Part shown: positions 18,274 to 28,591 of the stretch, one piece after another | Layout of the letters: every line of letters starts with the position of its first letter | Position numbering within the stretch: the first letter of the stretch is position 1 | Source: an uncultured Gammaproteobacteria bacterium | GTDB taxonomy: Bacteria; Patescibacteriota; Microgenomatia; UBA8517 | NCBI GenBank assembly: GCA_964599625.1 | Contig: CAZRGC010000003.1 | Span: 97,759-161,758, forward strand | Direction: 5' to 3' | Length of the DNA stretch: 64,000 nucleotides | Translations under genes and position numbers: made by a program | Notes under the pieces: generated by a model | What the model was told of the DNA's origin: nothing | What the model saw: only the letters and a program-made list of their open reading frames with translations | Database searches by the model: none

Positions 18274-18300
18274 TTGACACGCCAGCCTTCGTGTTATACT
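18274..18300 (+). promoter_or_regulatory. Putative sigma70-type promoter (TTGACA-15nt-TATACT)
   Basis: Consensus -35 at 18274-18279, -10 at 18295-18300. ATG at 18313. Confidence 0.5.
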
Positions 18301-18312
18301 TTTATTACACAA

Positions 18313-18507
18313 ATGTTTAAAACAGTTATAGCACCAATACAGGCTTGGTTGATGAGTCAAGGAAGATGTGTGGGTTGTGGAACTGAACTTTCGGAAGGAA
18401 CAACCAAAAGTACAAGATTTGGTGAACAGGTTACCTGCAAAAAATGCGGTAGGATTTTTATCAAGAAAGACGGAAAATACCGCAGGGCCCTTCTTGAAGA
18501 GGTTTGA
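18313..18507 (+). CDS. Small zinc-ribbon protein (CxxC...CxxC), hypothetical
   Basis: 65 aa with CVGCG..CKKCG. The start is placed at the ATG after the promoter rather than the ORF-track start at 18274. Confidence 0.4.
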   Translation: MFKTVIAPIQAWLMSQGRCVGCGTELSEGTTKSTRFGEQVTCKKCGRIFIKKDGKYRRALLEEV

Positions 18508-18515
18508 TTTTTTAA

Positions 18516-19487
18516 ATGAAAAAGCTACTTTACGTTCCTTTGTTTCTCTTGTTGCTTGCTTTGGGAATTTTTGCCTGGTTTTACTCAGTAATTAAACCCG
18601 TGGCATCAACCAAAGAGTTCACAACTTTTGTAATCAATAGGGGCCAGTCTGCAGGTCAAATTGCTCAAAATTTGGAAAGTTCTGGGATTATAAGAAGTGC
18701 TTTGGCTTTCAAAGTTTATCTTCAATTCACAAATCAGTCTGGAAAAATTCAAACGGGTGAATTTAGACTTTCGCCGGGACTTTCGCTGTTCGAAGTTGTT
18801 GATGCATTGCAAAAAGGACCATTGGAAATTTGGGTCACAATACCCGAAGGACTAAGAAGAGAAGAGGTGGCTTCAAGATTTGCAGATACTCTTGGAAAAG
18901 ATCAGCTGTTTGTCGACGAATTTTTGAGTCTGACTGAGGGCAAAGAAGGAATGCTTTTTCCTGACACATATCTGTTTCCTAAAGAAGCGTCTGCGTCATC
19001 AATTGTTAAAAAGTTGTTGAGCAATTTTGATGCCAAAACCCAAGGTTTGTCTTCCGCAACCAACCTTAACCCTAACCAAGTACTAACATTGGCATCCCTG
19101 ATCGAGAGAGAGACAAAAAAAGGCAGTGAAAGAGAAATTGTTGCGGGAATACTTTTGAAACGCATGGAAGCGGGTTGGCCCCTGCAGGTTGATGCTGCCG
19201 TTCAGTATGCAGTTGCAGATAAAAAGTCGGGAGGAAAGTCTTTGGATAATTGGTGGCCGATATTAACCAGAGATGACTTGGGAATAGATTCACCATACAA
19301 TACTTACAGGTTTCAGGGCCTACCACCGGCACCAATTGCAAACCCAGGGTTGACCGCAATTAAAGCTGCTTATAGTCCCCAAGACTCAGAATATTGGTAC
19401 TATATACATGACAACTCAGGTGTAATCCACTACGGCAGGACACTTGAAGAGCACAACCAAAACATTGCAAAGTACTTGGGGAAATGA
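18516..19487 (+). CDS. mltG: Endolytic murein transglycosylase MltG (YceG family)
   Basis: N-terminal TM, YceG-like domain with the GLPPAPIANPG catalytic-region motif. Confidence 0.85.
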   Translation: MKKLLYVPLFLLLLALGIFAWFYSVIKPVASTKEFTTFVINRGQSAGQIAQNLESSGIIRSALAFKVYLQFTNQSGKIQTGEFRLSPGLSLFEVVDALQKGPLEIWVTIPEGLRREEVASRFADTLGKDQLFVDEFLSLTEGKEGMLFPDTYLFPKEASASSIVKKLLSNFDAKTQGLSSATNLNPNQVLTLASLIERETKKGSEREIVAGILLKRMEAGWPLQVDAAVQYAVADKKSGGKSLDNWWPILTRDDLGIDSPYNTYRFQGLPPAPIANPGLTAIKAAYSPQDSEYWYYIHDNSGVIHYGRTLEEHNQNIAKYLGK

Positions 19488-19500
19488 TCTATATTACCTG

Positions 19501-19528
19501 TTGACATGGTGTATTTTTCTAATATAAT
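19501..19528 (+). promoter_or_regulatory. Putative sigma70-type promoter upstream of rpoB (TTGACA-16nt-TATAAT)
   Basis: Consensus hexamers at 19501-19506 and 19523-19528. Confidence 0.55.
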
Positions 19529-19533
19529 CCCCA

Positions 19534-19585
19534 TTAGGCGTACATAGATTGGTACGCCAGTCCCGCTTCTTTGTAGCGGGAATTT
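19534..19585 (+). promoter_or_regulatory. Two adjacent stem-loops in the rpoB 5' leader (GGCGTAC..GTACGCC and CCCGCT..AGCGGG)
   Basis: Inverted repeats read from the sequence. No T-tract after either. Confidence 0.35.
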
Positions 19586-19605
19586 AGTGTCTTTAAACTA
19601 CAAAA

Positions 19606-22600
19606 ATGAACTCAAAAACTAACCGCAGAAATTTTGGTAAAGATGACACAAACCTCCCAGTCATAAATTTATCAGAAGTCCAAACAGAAAGCTGGAAGTG
19701 GTTTTTGACAGAAGGAATCAAAGAAGAACTCATTCAAATTTCCCCAATTGATGATTTTACCGGGAAAAACTGGCAACTAATTCTCGGAGACCATTCCTTG
19801 GGAGTCCCCACAATTTCTCCAAGACAGGCACAGAAAAAAGGCATAACATACTCCTCACCTTTGAAGATAAGAGCAACTTTAGTAAACAAGAAAAATGGAC
19901 GTGAAGTAACCCAGGATGTTTTCTTGGGAGATATTCCACAAATGACTACCCGTGGCACCTTCATCGTTAACGGAATTGAAAGAGCAGTTATCAACCAGAT
20001 TGTCAGATCTCCGGGAGCATATTTCTCAGGTGAACTCGATCCTTCATCAGGAAGGGTTTTGTATAAGGCTGAAATCAGACCACTTCACGGAAGTTGGTTG
20101 GAATTTGAAGTTACAAGAGGTGATCTCATTTATGCAAGAATTGACAGGCGCAGAAAAGTGTTGGCGACCACTTTCCTGAGGGCAATGGGTCTTGAATCCG
20201 ATCAGGAAATAATGTCTGCCTTTGCAGATTCTGATAAACATGCAGAACATAAATATATTGCCACAACACTTGCTAAGGATTCCACAAAGACTAGGGAAGA
20301 AGCTCTTATAGAAATTTACAGAAAAATGAGGCCAGGAGAACCAGCTGTTTTGGACAATGCCGAAACACTTTTTGCTACTCTTTTTACAGACGGCAGAAGG
20401 TACGACCTTGGTAAAGTTGGAAGGTTCAAGATTAATAAAAGACTTGGTGTAACTCTTCCCAACGATAAGTCCACATGGGTTTTAACAAAACAAGACGCAG
20501 CCGCATCGATCAATTACCTTTTGGGACTCCAAAATGGAAACGGAAGAATTGACGACATTGACCATCTTAGCAATCGAAGACTCAGAAGAGTTGGTGAACT
20601 TGTTGCTGTCAACGCATTTAGAGTGGGACTTTTAAGACTTGAAAGGTCCGTTAAGGAAAAGATGAGTTTGATTTCCCCTGATGACAAACCTCTTCCTGCA
20701 AGCCTCATCAACGCAAGACCTTTAATAGCATCACTAAACGAATTTTTCCGAAGCAATCAGCTGTCAACCATATTGGATGACACAAACCCCTTGAGTGAGG
20801 TAGATAACCTTAGACGTGTTTCTGTTCTTGGTACGGGTGGTATAAACAGGGAACGTGCAAGTTTCTCAATTCGTGACGTTAACGCTTCTCAATATGGAAG
20901 AATTGATCCGGTCAGAAGCCCTGAAGGACCAAACATTGGATTGGTAACATATCTTACCCTTTACGCAAAAGTAGACGAATTTGGATTTATTCAGGCTCCA
21001 TACAAAAAAGTTGAAAAAGTTAACGGAAAAATGAAAATCTCAGATGAGGTGTCCTACCTTACAGCCGACGACGAAGAAGACAAATACATTACCCATTCGG
21101 GAGTTGGAGTCGATAAAGACGGTTTTATAACAGATACTCGTGTACCGCTTAGACAAAGAGGAAAGTTTATCGAAGGTGACGTCGAGCTTGTTGAGTATAT
21201 TGACATTACACCTAGAGAAGTTATTGGTGCATCTGCTTCTCTCATTCCGTTTTTGGCCAACGACGAAGGTAACAGAGCCCTCATGGGAAGTAACATGCAA
21301 TGTCAGTCTGTTCCTCTTGTAAATCCGGAATCTCCAGTGGTCGGAACTGGTATGGAAAAGGTAATTTCGGCAGGAATGCAGAGAGTTTTTACAGCCAGGC
21401 ACGCAGGAGTTGTTGAATGGGTTGACGGGGAAAAAGTAATAGTCAAACTGGACAAGAAGGAAGAGACAGAGCCGGGAACCGAGATGGAGGACGTTGAGAT
21501 TACTGACGGAGGAAAGAAAGAAGTCTATTATCTTACAAAGTTTAAGCGCACTGCTCACTCAACTGCTTACAACCAAATAGCACGGGCAATGCCAGGCCAG
21601 AAAGTTAATGTTGGAGATCTTTTGGTGGACGGTCCTGCAAGTCAGCACGGAGAGCTTGGACTTGGACGTAATTTGGTGGTTGCTTATGCAAACTATGGTG
21701 GATACGGTTTTGAGGACGCTATTCTCATATCCGACAGATTAGTCAGAGAAGATCTTTTGACCTCTATTCATATCGAAGAATACGACGCCGAGGTTGTTGA
21801 TACCAAACTTGGTCCTGAAGAAATTACCAACGACATTCCTAACGTTTCCGAAGCCGAACTTGCAAATTTGGCAAGTGATGGAATTGTAATGATTGGAGCC
21901 GAAGTTGGCCCCAATGACATTTTGGTGGGTAAAATCGCACCAAAAGGAGAAACAGAGCTGACATCTGAGGAGAGGCTTCTGAGAGCCATATTCGGTGAAA
22001 AGGCAAGAGAAGTTAGAGACACATCTCTAAGAGTTCCTCATGGAGAAAAAGGAATTGTAGTTGATGTTCAGGTTTTGGATCGCGACAAGGGTGATGAACT
22101 AGGGGCAGGTGTAATCAAAAAGGTTATAGTCAGAGTAGCCCAAATCAGAAAGATCACAGTAGGTGACAAAGTTGCGGGCCGTCACGGAAACAAGGGTGTT
22201 GTTGCTAAAGTAATGCCAGTTGCAGACATGCCTTATATGGAAGACGGAACACCTGTAGATATTATTATCTCCCCACTTTCTGTTATTTCCCGTATGAATT
22301 TGGGACAGCTCATGGAAGCACATCTCGGATGGGCACTTCTTAAAAAAGGTGACAAAGCTGCACTCCCTGTTTTTGACAAGATTGGTGCAGACACAATTAC
22401 AAATGAGCTTAAAGATGCCGGTCTTCCTGTAACAGGAAAAACACGACTTTATGACGGTAGAACCGGTGAGCCGTTCAAAGAGGATACTGTGGTCGGAGTT
22501 TCATACATCATGAAGCTTATCCACATGGTGGAGGACAAGACTCATGCACGCTCAACAGGTCCGTACTCACTGGTTACACAACAGCCGTTGGGAGGAAAAG

Positions 22601-22974
22601 CTCAAATGGGAGGTCAGAGACTTGGAGAAATGGAAGTCTGGGCACTCGAGGCACACCGTGCCAGCCATACATTGCAGGAAATGCTTACCATTAAATCCGA
22701 CGATGTGTTAGGGCGTGCCAAAGCATTCGAAGCAATTGTCAAAGGAATTGATATTCCAGAAGCAACAATACCAGAGTCGTTTAAGGTTTTGGTTAGGGAA
22801 CTTAACTCATTGGGTCTTGCAATTGACCCTAAAGGAGTTAGCCTTGCAAAGGTAGAGGAAACATCAACAGACGAAGGGGCGATTCTTGCAGAAGCAGCCG
22901 GAGCTGAATTGGTTGCAACAGAAGAACTTTTAGCCAAAGACAGTCCAATGGAAGTCGAGGAGGCGGCAGTCTAA
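19606..22974 (+). CDS. rpoB: DNA-directed RNA polymerase subunit beta
   Basis: 1122 aa with canonical beta-subunit blocks (..GRHGNKGVV.., ..NMQRQ..-like region NMQCQ). Confidence 0.97.
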   Translation: MNSKTNRRNFGKDDTNLPVINLSEVQTESWKWFLTEGIKEELIQISPIDDFTGKNWQLILGDHSLGVPTISPRQAQKKGITYSSPLKIRATLVNKKNGREVTQDVFLGDIPQMTTRGTFIVNGIERAVINQIVRSPGAYFSGELDPSSGRVLYKAEIRPLHGSWLEFEVTRGDLIYARIDRRRKVLATTFLRAMGLESDQEIMSAFADSDKHAEHKYIATTLAKDSTKTREEALIEIYRKMRPGEPAVLDNAETLFATLFTDGRRYDLGKVGRFKINKRLGVTLPNDKSTWVLTKQDAAASINYLLGLQNGNGRIDDIDHLSNRRLRRVGELVAVNAFRVGLLRLERSVKEKMSLISPDDKPLPASLINARPLIASLNEFFRSNQLSTILDDTNPLSEVDNLRRVSVLGTGGINRERASFSIRDVNASQYGRIDPVRSPEGPNIGLVTYLTLYAKVDEFGFIQAPYKKVEKVNGKMKISDEVSYLTADDEEDKYITHSGVGVDKDGFITDTRVPLRQRGKFIEGDVELVEYIDITPREVIGASASLIPFLANDEGNRALMGSNMQCQSVPLVNPESPVVGTGMEKVISAGMQRVFTARHAGVVEWVDGEKVIVKLDKKEETEPGTEMEDVEITDGGKKEVYYLTKFKRTAHSTAYNQIARAMPGQKVNVGDLLVDGPASQHGELGLGRNLVVAYANYGGYGFEDAILISDRLVREDLLTSIHIEEYDAEVVDTKLGPEEITNDIPNVSEAELANLASDGIVMIGAEVGPNDILVGKIAPKGETELTSEERLLRAIFGEKAREVRDTSLRVPHGEKGIVVDVQVLDRDKGDELGAGVIKKVIVRVAQIRKITVGDKVAGRHGNKGVVAKVMPVADMPYMEDGTPVDIIISPLSVISRMNLGQLMEAHLGWALLKKGDKAALPVFDKIGADTITNELKDAGLPVTGKTRLYDGRTGEPFKEDTVVGVSYIMKLIHMVEDKTHARSTGPYSLVTQQPLGGKAQMGGQRLGEMEVWALEAHRASHTLQEMLTIKSDDVLGRAKAFEAIVKGIDIPEATIPESFKVLVRELNSLGLAIDPKGVSLAKVEETSTDEGAILAEAAGAELVATEELLAKDSPMEVEEAAV

Positions 22975-23023
22975 AAAAATTGAAGCTTAACCAAGGCTAA
23001 AAATTTGGTAAAATACGAAAATT

Positions 23024-26000
23024 ATGGAACAAATGGCAGATCTAAAAAACTTAGCAGACTTTAAGAGTCTTTTGGTGCGTTTCGCGTCACCGGAAGAAAT
23101 CAGAGCTTGGAGCCGTGGAGAAATAACCAAACCCGAGACAATCAACTACAGAACCCTCAAGCCGGAGAAAGATGGACTTTTTGACGAAAGGATCTTTGGA
23201 CCTACAAAAGATTGGGAGTGTTATTGTGGTAAGTACAAGAGGATTAGATACAAAGGAGTTATTTGTGATAAATGTGGTGTCGAAGTCACCCAATCTCGTG
23301 TTAGACGCGAAAGAATGGGTCATATCACACTTGCTTCGCCGGTTGCACATGTCTGGTTCTTTAAAGGTGCACCTTCAAAGATCTCACTTCTTTTAGGGGT
23401 TGCTCCAAGAGGAATTGAACAAGTGGTCTATTTTGCAAGATATTTGGTCACTGAAGTAGACGAAGAGAAGAAGAAAGATGCCATGAAGAGCATTGAGAAT
23501 GCCAAGAATGAAAGACTCGACGAAATCGCAGAAGGTTTTAAATCCAGAAAAGATGCACTCAAGCAAGAAGAGAAAGAAGCTAAGGACAAAATATCTGCAA
23601 AAATCAAAGACAAAGAACAGGCGTCATTAGCCATAAGTGAAATCGAGCTTTCATTAAGAAAGAAAGAAGCTGCAGTAGGCGAAGAAGAAAAAGGTACTAT
23701 TTCCAAAACAGAACAGCTTTTTGAAAATCTTAACCTTGTAATTAAAAGCCTTAAACCTCTTAGTATTCTTTCTGAAGAAGAATACGATGAGCTTTATCAG
23801 CATGGTGCAGCAGATTTCTTTACAGCCAAAATGGGTGCTGACGCAGTATTGGAAGCCGTATCCAAACTTAATTTGGAAGAAATAGTCAAACCTTTGAGAG
23901 AAGAAATCACAACAATTAAGGGTGGAAGTAGCAAGTATGTGAAATTGGTTAAAAGACTCAAGCTTATAGAAGGACTCAAAAGAGCAAAGGTAAATCCTTC
24001 GTGGATGGTTCTTAAGGTTCTTCCGGTGCTTCCGCCAGACTTGAGACCAATGGTTCAACTTTCAGGCGGGAGATTTGCAACAAGCGATCTTAACGATCTT
24101 TATAGAAGAGTAATCAACAGAAACAACAGATTAAAACATCTTATTAGTCTTGGTGCCCCCGAAATTATCTTGAGAAACGAAAAGAGAATGTTGCAGGAAG
24201 CAGTCGACTCTTTGATTGATGCATCCCAAAGAAAGGCAACAAGAAAGTCCCGAGGTAGACAACCATTAAGGTCGCTTTCCGACATGCTTCGTGGTAAACA
24301 GGGAAGATTCAGACAAAACCTTTTGGGTAAACGTGTCGACTATTCCGGCAGGAGCGTCATCATCGTCGGACCCGAACTCAAACTCACTCAGTGCGGACTT
24401 CCCAAAGATATGGCTCTTGAAATGTTTAAGCCTTTTGTTCTTCGTGAAATGATTGCCAGAGGAATTGCACCCAACGTAAAAAGTGCCAAAAACATGCTCG
24501 AAAGACGACCTCCCGAGGTGTTTGATATTTTGGAAGAAATCACCAAAGATCATCCTGTGCTTTTGAATCGTGCGCCAACTTTGCACAAACTTTCAATTCA
24601 GGCTTTTTATCCTGTTCTTATTGAAGGGAGCGCAATAAGACTTCATCCTGCAGTTTGTAGCGGATTTAACGCAGACTTTGACGGAGACCAGATGGCTGTA
24701 CACGTTCCACTTTCAAAACAGGCTATCGAAGAGGCCAGAGCCTTGATGCTTCCATCCAACAACTTGCTTAGACCTGCTGACGGATCTCCTGTTGCCACCC
24801 CTTCGTCTAAAGAAATTGCTTTGGGCGCTTATTATCTCACCAGTGATGACGACAGAATTCCGATGGGTGAAACTGTTTTTTCAGACAAAGACGAAGCCAT
24901 ATATGCATATCAGTGTGGACGAATTGAGGTAAGGCAAAAAATAAACGTTTATATGAGTGGCAAAATAGTTACAACAACAGTTGGAAGAATTCTTTTCAAC
25001 GAAGTTTTGCCAGAGAACTTTGATTATGTGAACGAGGCGGCGACATCATCGCTCATCAAGGGACTATTCGTAAAAGCTTATGCCACAGTATCCAAAGATA
25101 GAGTTGTTCAAATGGTAGACGACATTAAAGACCTCGGATTTTTGGGAGGGACAATGTCTGGTATATCTTTTGGAGTGTTTGATGCCAAAGTCTATCCCGG
25201 AAAAGCAGATGTTCTTAAAGAAGCAGATGCAAAAGTTGCCGAAATCGAAGACAACTTTGATCAGGGGCTTATCACAGCAGAAGAGAAAAAGCGCCTTACT
25301 CAGGAAGTTTGGATCGACGTTTCTGAGGACTTGGCAGACAAGACTTGGAACGAAATGGAGCCCACAAACCCAATTAGGGTTGTTATTGATGCAAAAGTAG
25401 GTCGTGCAAGCAAAGATCAAGTTAAACAGCTTGCAGCCATCCGCGGACTTGTTGTTGACCCGCTTGGAAAAATCGTTGAACTTCCTATTAAGTCCAACTT
25501 CAGGGAAGGACTTTCGATATTTGAATATGTTACATCATCTCGTGGTTCCAGAAAGGGTCTTACCGATACAGCTATCAAAACCGCCGACGCAGGTTATCTT
25601 ACACGCCGTTTGGTAGACGTTGCTCATGACGTGATCATTAGACTCGAAGATTGTGAAGCCAAAGAAGGACTAATCATTAAAAGAGACATCAGGACACCGG
25701 CATTTTATGCCAGAATCCTTGGAAGGTTTGCAGCAAAAGATGTTGTAGGGAAAGATGGGAAGAAAGTTTTGGTTCCCGCCGGCGAGCTTATTGACGAAGA
25801 AAAAGCAAAAATGATCGACGAAAGTGGAATTTCAGAACTTACTTTGAGATCTCCTCTGGAGTGCAGGGCCAGATATGGAATGTGTGCCAAGTGTTACGGA
25901 TGGGATTTGGGTACCAAGAAAGTTGTTGATTTGGGAATGCCTGTGGGAGTTGTTGCTGCACAATCAATCGGAGAGCCTGGAACCCAGCTAACACTTCGTA

Positions 26001-26743
26001 CTAAACACGCAGCTGGTGTGGTTGGAGTAGACGTTACACAAGGTCTTCCTAGGGTTGAAGAACTTGTGGAATCAAGAATTCCCAAAGTTGTGTCTGCACT
26101 TTCAGAAATCGCAGGCAAAGTCAGAGTTGGTGAAGCAGAAGAAGGTTGGACTGTTACCGTTGTTAGCAAGGGTACTCCCAAAGAAGAGAAGTCATACATT
26201 ATTCCAAAGACCTTGGAACTGGCAGTGGGAGATGGAGATCTTATAGACTCGGGTACACCTTTGGCCAAAGGACCGCTTGATATCAAAGATGTTCTTTCTA
26301 TAAAAGGGCTGAGAGCTGCTCAGGAATATTTGGTAAACGAAATCCAAAGAGTCTATGAATCTCAGGGAATTCCCATTAATGACAAACACTTTGAGGTAAT
26401 TGTCCGAAAGATGAGTGATGAAGTAAGGATTGTTACAACAGGAGACACTCCTTTCCTTCCGGGAGAGCTTACAAGTCGTGCAGTATTTGAAGAAGAAAAC
26501 GAAAAAGTTTTGGCAGCGGGTGGGGAACCTGCAAGCGCACAACAAGTTGTCTTGGGAATTACCAGAAGGGCTTTGTACACAGACAGCTGGCTTTCGGCAG
26601 CATCTTTTGAACAGACAACAGATGTTCTTACGGAGGCTTCACTCTTGGGCCGAGAAGACAGGCTTATTGGACTCAAGGAAAACGTTATCATCGGAAGACT
26701 TATTCCGGTTTCCCCAGAACGGGCCGCCTTGCCTCAGAAGTAA
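23024..26743 (+). CDS. rpoC: DNA-directed RNA polymerase subunit beta'
   Basis: 1239 aa. Zn finger CxxC..CxxC near the N-terminus, NADFDGD catalytic motif. Confidence 0.97.
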   Translation: MEQMADLKNLADFKSLLVRFASPEEIRAWSRGEITKPETINYRTLKPEKDGLFDERIFGPTKDWECYCGKYKRIRYKGVICDKCGVEVTQSRVRRERMGHITLASPVAHVWFFKGAPSKISLLLGVAPRGIEQVVYFARYLVTEVDEEKKKDAMKSIENAKNERLDEIAEGFKSRKDALKQEEKEAKDKISAKIKDKEQASLAISEIELSLRKKEAAVGEEEKGTISKTEQLFENLNLVIKSLKPLSILSEEEYDELYQHGAADFFTAKMGADAVLEAVSKLNLEEIVKPLREEITTIKGGSSKYVKLVKRLKLIEGLKRAKVNPSWMVLKVLPVLPPDLRPMVQLSGGRFATSDLNDLYRRVINRNNRLKHLISLGAPEIILRNEKRMLQEAVDSLIDASQRKATRKSRGRQPLRSLSDMLRGKQGRFRQNLLGKRVDYSGRSVIIVGPELKLTQCGLPKDMALEMFKPFVLREMIARGIAPNVKSAKNMLERRPPEVFDILEEITKDHPVLLNRAPTLHKLSIQAFYPVLIEGSAIRLHPAVCSGFNADFDGDQMAVHVPLSKQAIEEARALMLPSNNLLRPADGSPVATPSSKEIALGAYYLTSDDDRIPMGETVFSDKDEAIYAYQCGRIEVRQKINVYMSGKIVTTTVGRILFNEVLPENFDYVNEAATSSLIKGLFVKAYATVSKDRVVQMVDDIKDLGFLGGTMSGISFGVFDAKVYPGKADVLKEADAKVAEIEDNFDQGLITAEEKKRLTQEVWIDVSEDLADKTWNEMEPTNPIRVVIDAKVGRASKDQVKQLAAIRGLVVDPLGKIVELPIKSNFREGLSIFEYVTSSRGSRKGLTDTAIKTADAGYLTRRLVDVAHDVIIRLEDCEAKEGLIIKRDIRTPAFYARILGRFAAKDVVGKDGKKVLVPAGELIDEEKAKMIDESGISELTLRSPLECRARYGMCAKCYGWDLGTKKVVDLGMPVGVVAAQSIGEPGTQLTLRTKHAAGVVGVDVTQGLPRVEELVESRIPKVVSALSEIAGKVRVGEAEEGWTVTVVSKGTPKEEKSYIIPKTLELAVGDGDLIDSGTPLAKGPLDIKDVLSIKGLRAAQEYLVNEIQRVYESQGIPINDKHFEVIVRKMSDEVRIVTTGDTPFLPGELTSRAVFEEENEKVLAAGGEPASAQQVVLGITRRALYTDSWLSAASFEQTTDVLTEASLLGREDRLIGLKENVIIGRLIPVSPERAALPQK

Positions 26744-26789
26744 GGTAGATGATACAATACAGCCTTGAATTAACCTAAACCGATTTATT

Positions 26790-27215
26790 ATGCCAACAAT
26801 TAACCAACTTACCAGGAAAGGTAGAAAAAGAGTTATTAAGAAAATGAAAACTACTTCTCTCAAGAAGTGGTTTAACGCTAAAGAAAGAAGTTTCAAAGAA
26901 AACCCTTCGGCTTTCAAAAGAGGGGTGGTTTTGGCTGTGCGTACTATGACTCCCAGAAAACCAAATTCGGCTCTTCGAAAAGTTGCCAGGGTTAGGCTTT
27001 CCAACAAGCAGGAAGTTACAGCTTATATTCCAGGTGAAGGGCACGAACTCGCCGAGCATTCTATCGTATTGGTCCGAGGAGGGCGTGTTAAGGATTTGGC
27101 CGGGGTTAAATATCATGTAGTTCGTGGAAAGTTTGACACAACCGGTGTTACTGGAAGAATTAACGGTCGAAGCAAATATGGAGCAAAGATGAATCAAAAA
27201 GCAGCAACTAAATAA
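26790..27215 (+). CDS. rpsL: 30S ribosomal protein S12
   Basis: [17 protein letters not shown] signature. Confidence 0.95.
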   Translation: MPTINQLTRKGRKRVIKKMKTTSLKKWFNAKERSFKENPSAFKRGVVLAVRTMTPRKPNSALRKVARVRLSNKQEVTAYIPGEGHELAEHSIVLVRGGRVKDLAGVKYHVVRGKFDTTGVTGRINGRSKYGAKMNQKAATK

Positions 27216-27217
27216 AT

Positions 27218-27697
27218 ATGTCACGAAAAGGACAGTTCAGAAGAATAAAAGCACAGCCCGACCCGGTTTACGGAAGTTTCCTTATTTCCAAGCTCATCAA
27301 CAGGGCAATGTTTGATGGCAAAAAGTCTGTTGCCAGAAAAGAAATATATAGCGCGCTCGAGATCATAAGAGAAAAGATGGGCGAAGATCCGGTTAAAGTC
27401 TTCGACAGAGCAATGGAAAATATTAAGCCTGTGATGGAAGTCAGACCCAGACGTGTAGGAGGAGCTGCCTATCAGGTTCCTCAACAGGTCAGAGGTGATA
27501 GGCGTGAATCTTTGGGAATAAGGTGGTTGGTTGCAGCAGCAAATTCAAAATCCAACTCCGAATTCAAGACATTTGGTCACAAAATGGCCCAAGAAATAAT
27601 GGACGCGGCAAAGGGCGAAGGGGCGTCTGTCAAAAAGAGACAGGATGTCGAACGTGTTGCCGAAGCCAACAAAGCCTTCAGCCATTTTAGATGGTAA
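27218..27697 (+). CDS. rpsG: 30S ribosomal protein S7
   Basis: Typical S7 sequence (..KFINRAMFDGKKS..AMENIKPVMEVR..). Confidence 0.95.
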   Translation: MSRKGQFRRIKAQPDPVYGSFLISKLINRAMFDGKKSVARKEIYSALEIIREKMGEDPVKVFDRAMENIKPVMEVRPRRVGGAAYQVPQQVRGDRRESLGIRWLVAAANSKSNSEFKTFGHKMAQEIMDAAKGEGASVKKRQDVERVAEANKAFSHFRW

Positions 27698-27731
27698 ATA
27701 TGGTTTGTCACTCAAGGTGATAATATAAAAC

Positions 27732-28511
27732 ATGTCTGGCCCCGATTCCCCTTTTCACTCAGACTCAAGTGTTTTCGAAACAAAAAACTCTCATATAGAC
27801 ACCCCTTTAGAGACAGTAATAAAAGCGGATTATTGGGCCAATTCACATTATCCTCAAATGTGGATAGCAAAACGCCTGGTTACAACGCACGCAGCTTTGG
27901 AACAGGTGCTTGCGGGAAAGTTGTTGTGGAGTGATTTTTCCACATCACAACTCCCCGACGTTTTTATTGAACCCCATATGAAAGAAAAGGCAAATAAAGC
28001 ACATGCTGCATATGGGCAACCTGCAATAATGGATCGTGATCTTAACAACCTGTGGAGGTCTGATGTAAGTGATGTATCAAATACACTTTGGAATTTGCTG
28101 CCCGACAAGGGAGACCCGTTGGAAATCCAAGACGTAACAATTGCCAAAGCCTTGAAAGACCCAAAAAATAAACAGTTTTTTGGGTCGTTGTTGGGTGTAT
28201 TGGCGGCAGAGAAGTCGGCCTTGGAAAGCCAGGAGTGCCTGGAGATATCAAAAGACCTGCGTGAGTCATTAAGAGACCTTCATCATAAAAAATTTGACCG
28301 CGGGTATAGTTTTTCTTTAAAGGAACAAGCTGACTTAAGGGTCAGATGGAACGCTATTTCAGACCGTCTCGAGTCTGTTTTGCAGCGGGAGCTTTCAAAG
28401 GCCAATCAAAAAGCAAAACTGATGCTTAACGATAGCCAATTGGAGTTTCTAACGCATCAAATCCATGTTGGTTCGAGAGTTGTGGCCAGTACGCCGATGG
28501 AGTCTTTTTGA
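27732..28511 (+). CDS. Hypothetical protein inserted between rpsG and fusA
   Basis: 259-aa ORF with no recognisable motifs. Occupies the position where fusA normally follows rpsG directly. Confidence 0.5.
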   Translation: MSGPDSPFHSDSSVFETKNSHIDTPLETVIKADYWANSHYPQMWIAKRLVTTHAALEQVLAGKLLWSDFSTSQLPDVFIEPHMKEKANKAHAAYGQPAIMDRDLNNLWRSDVSDVSNTLWNLLPDKGDPLEIQDVTIAKALKDPKNKQFFGSLLGVLAAEKSALESQECLEISKDLRESLRDLHHKKFDRGYSFSLKEQADLRVRWNAISDRLESVLQRELSKANQKAKLMLNDSQLEFLTHQIHVGSRVVASTPMESF

Positions 28512-28591
28512 TTCATATTGAGCTTTGGAGTTTTAACTGATAAAATCACTTTTGCTTCCGATAGGGAGTTTTTTGTTTGGATCTTACTTAA

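Noticed and set aside
21040-21558. 172-aa minus-strand ORF
   Set aside because: Antisense to rpoB, with low-complexity composition.
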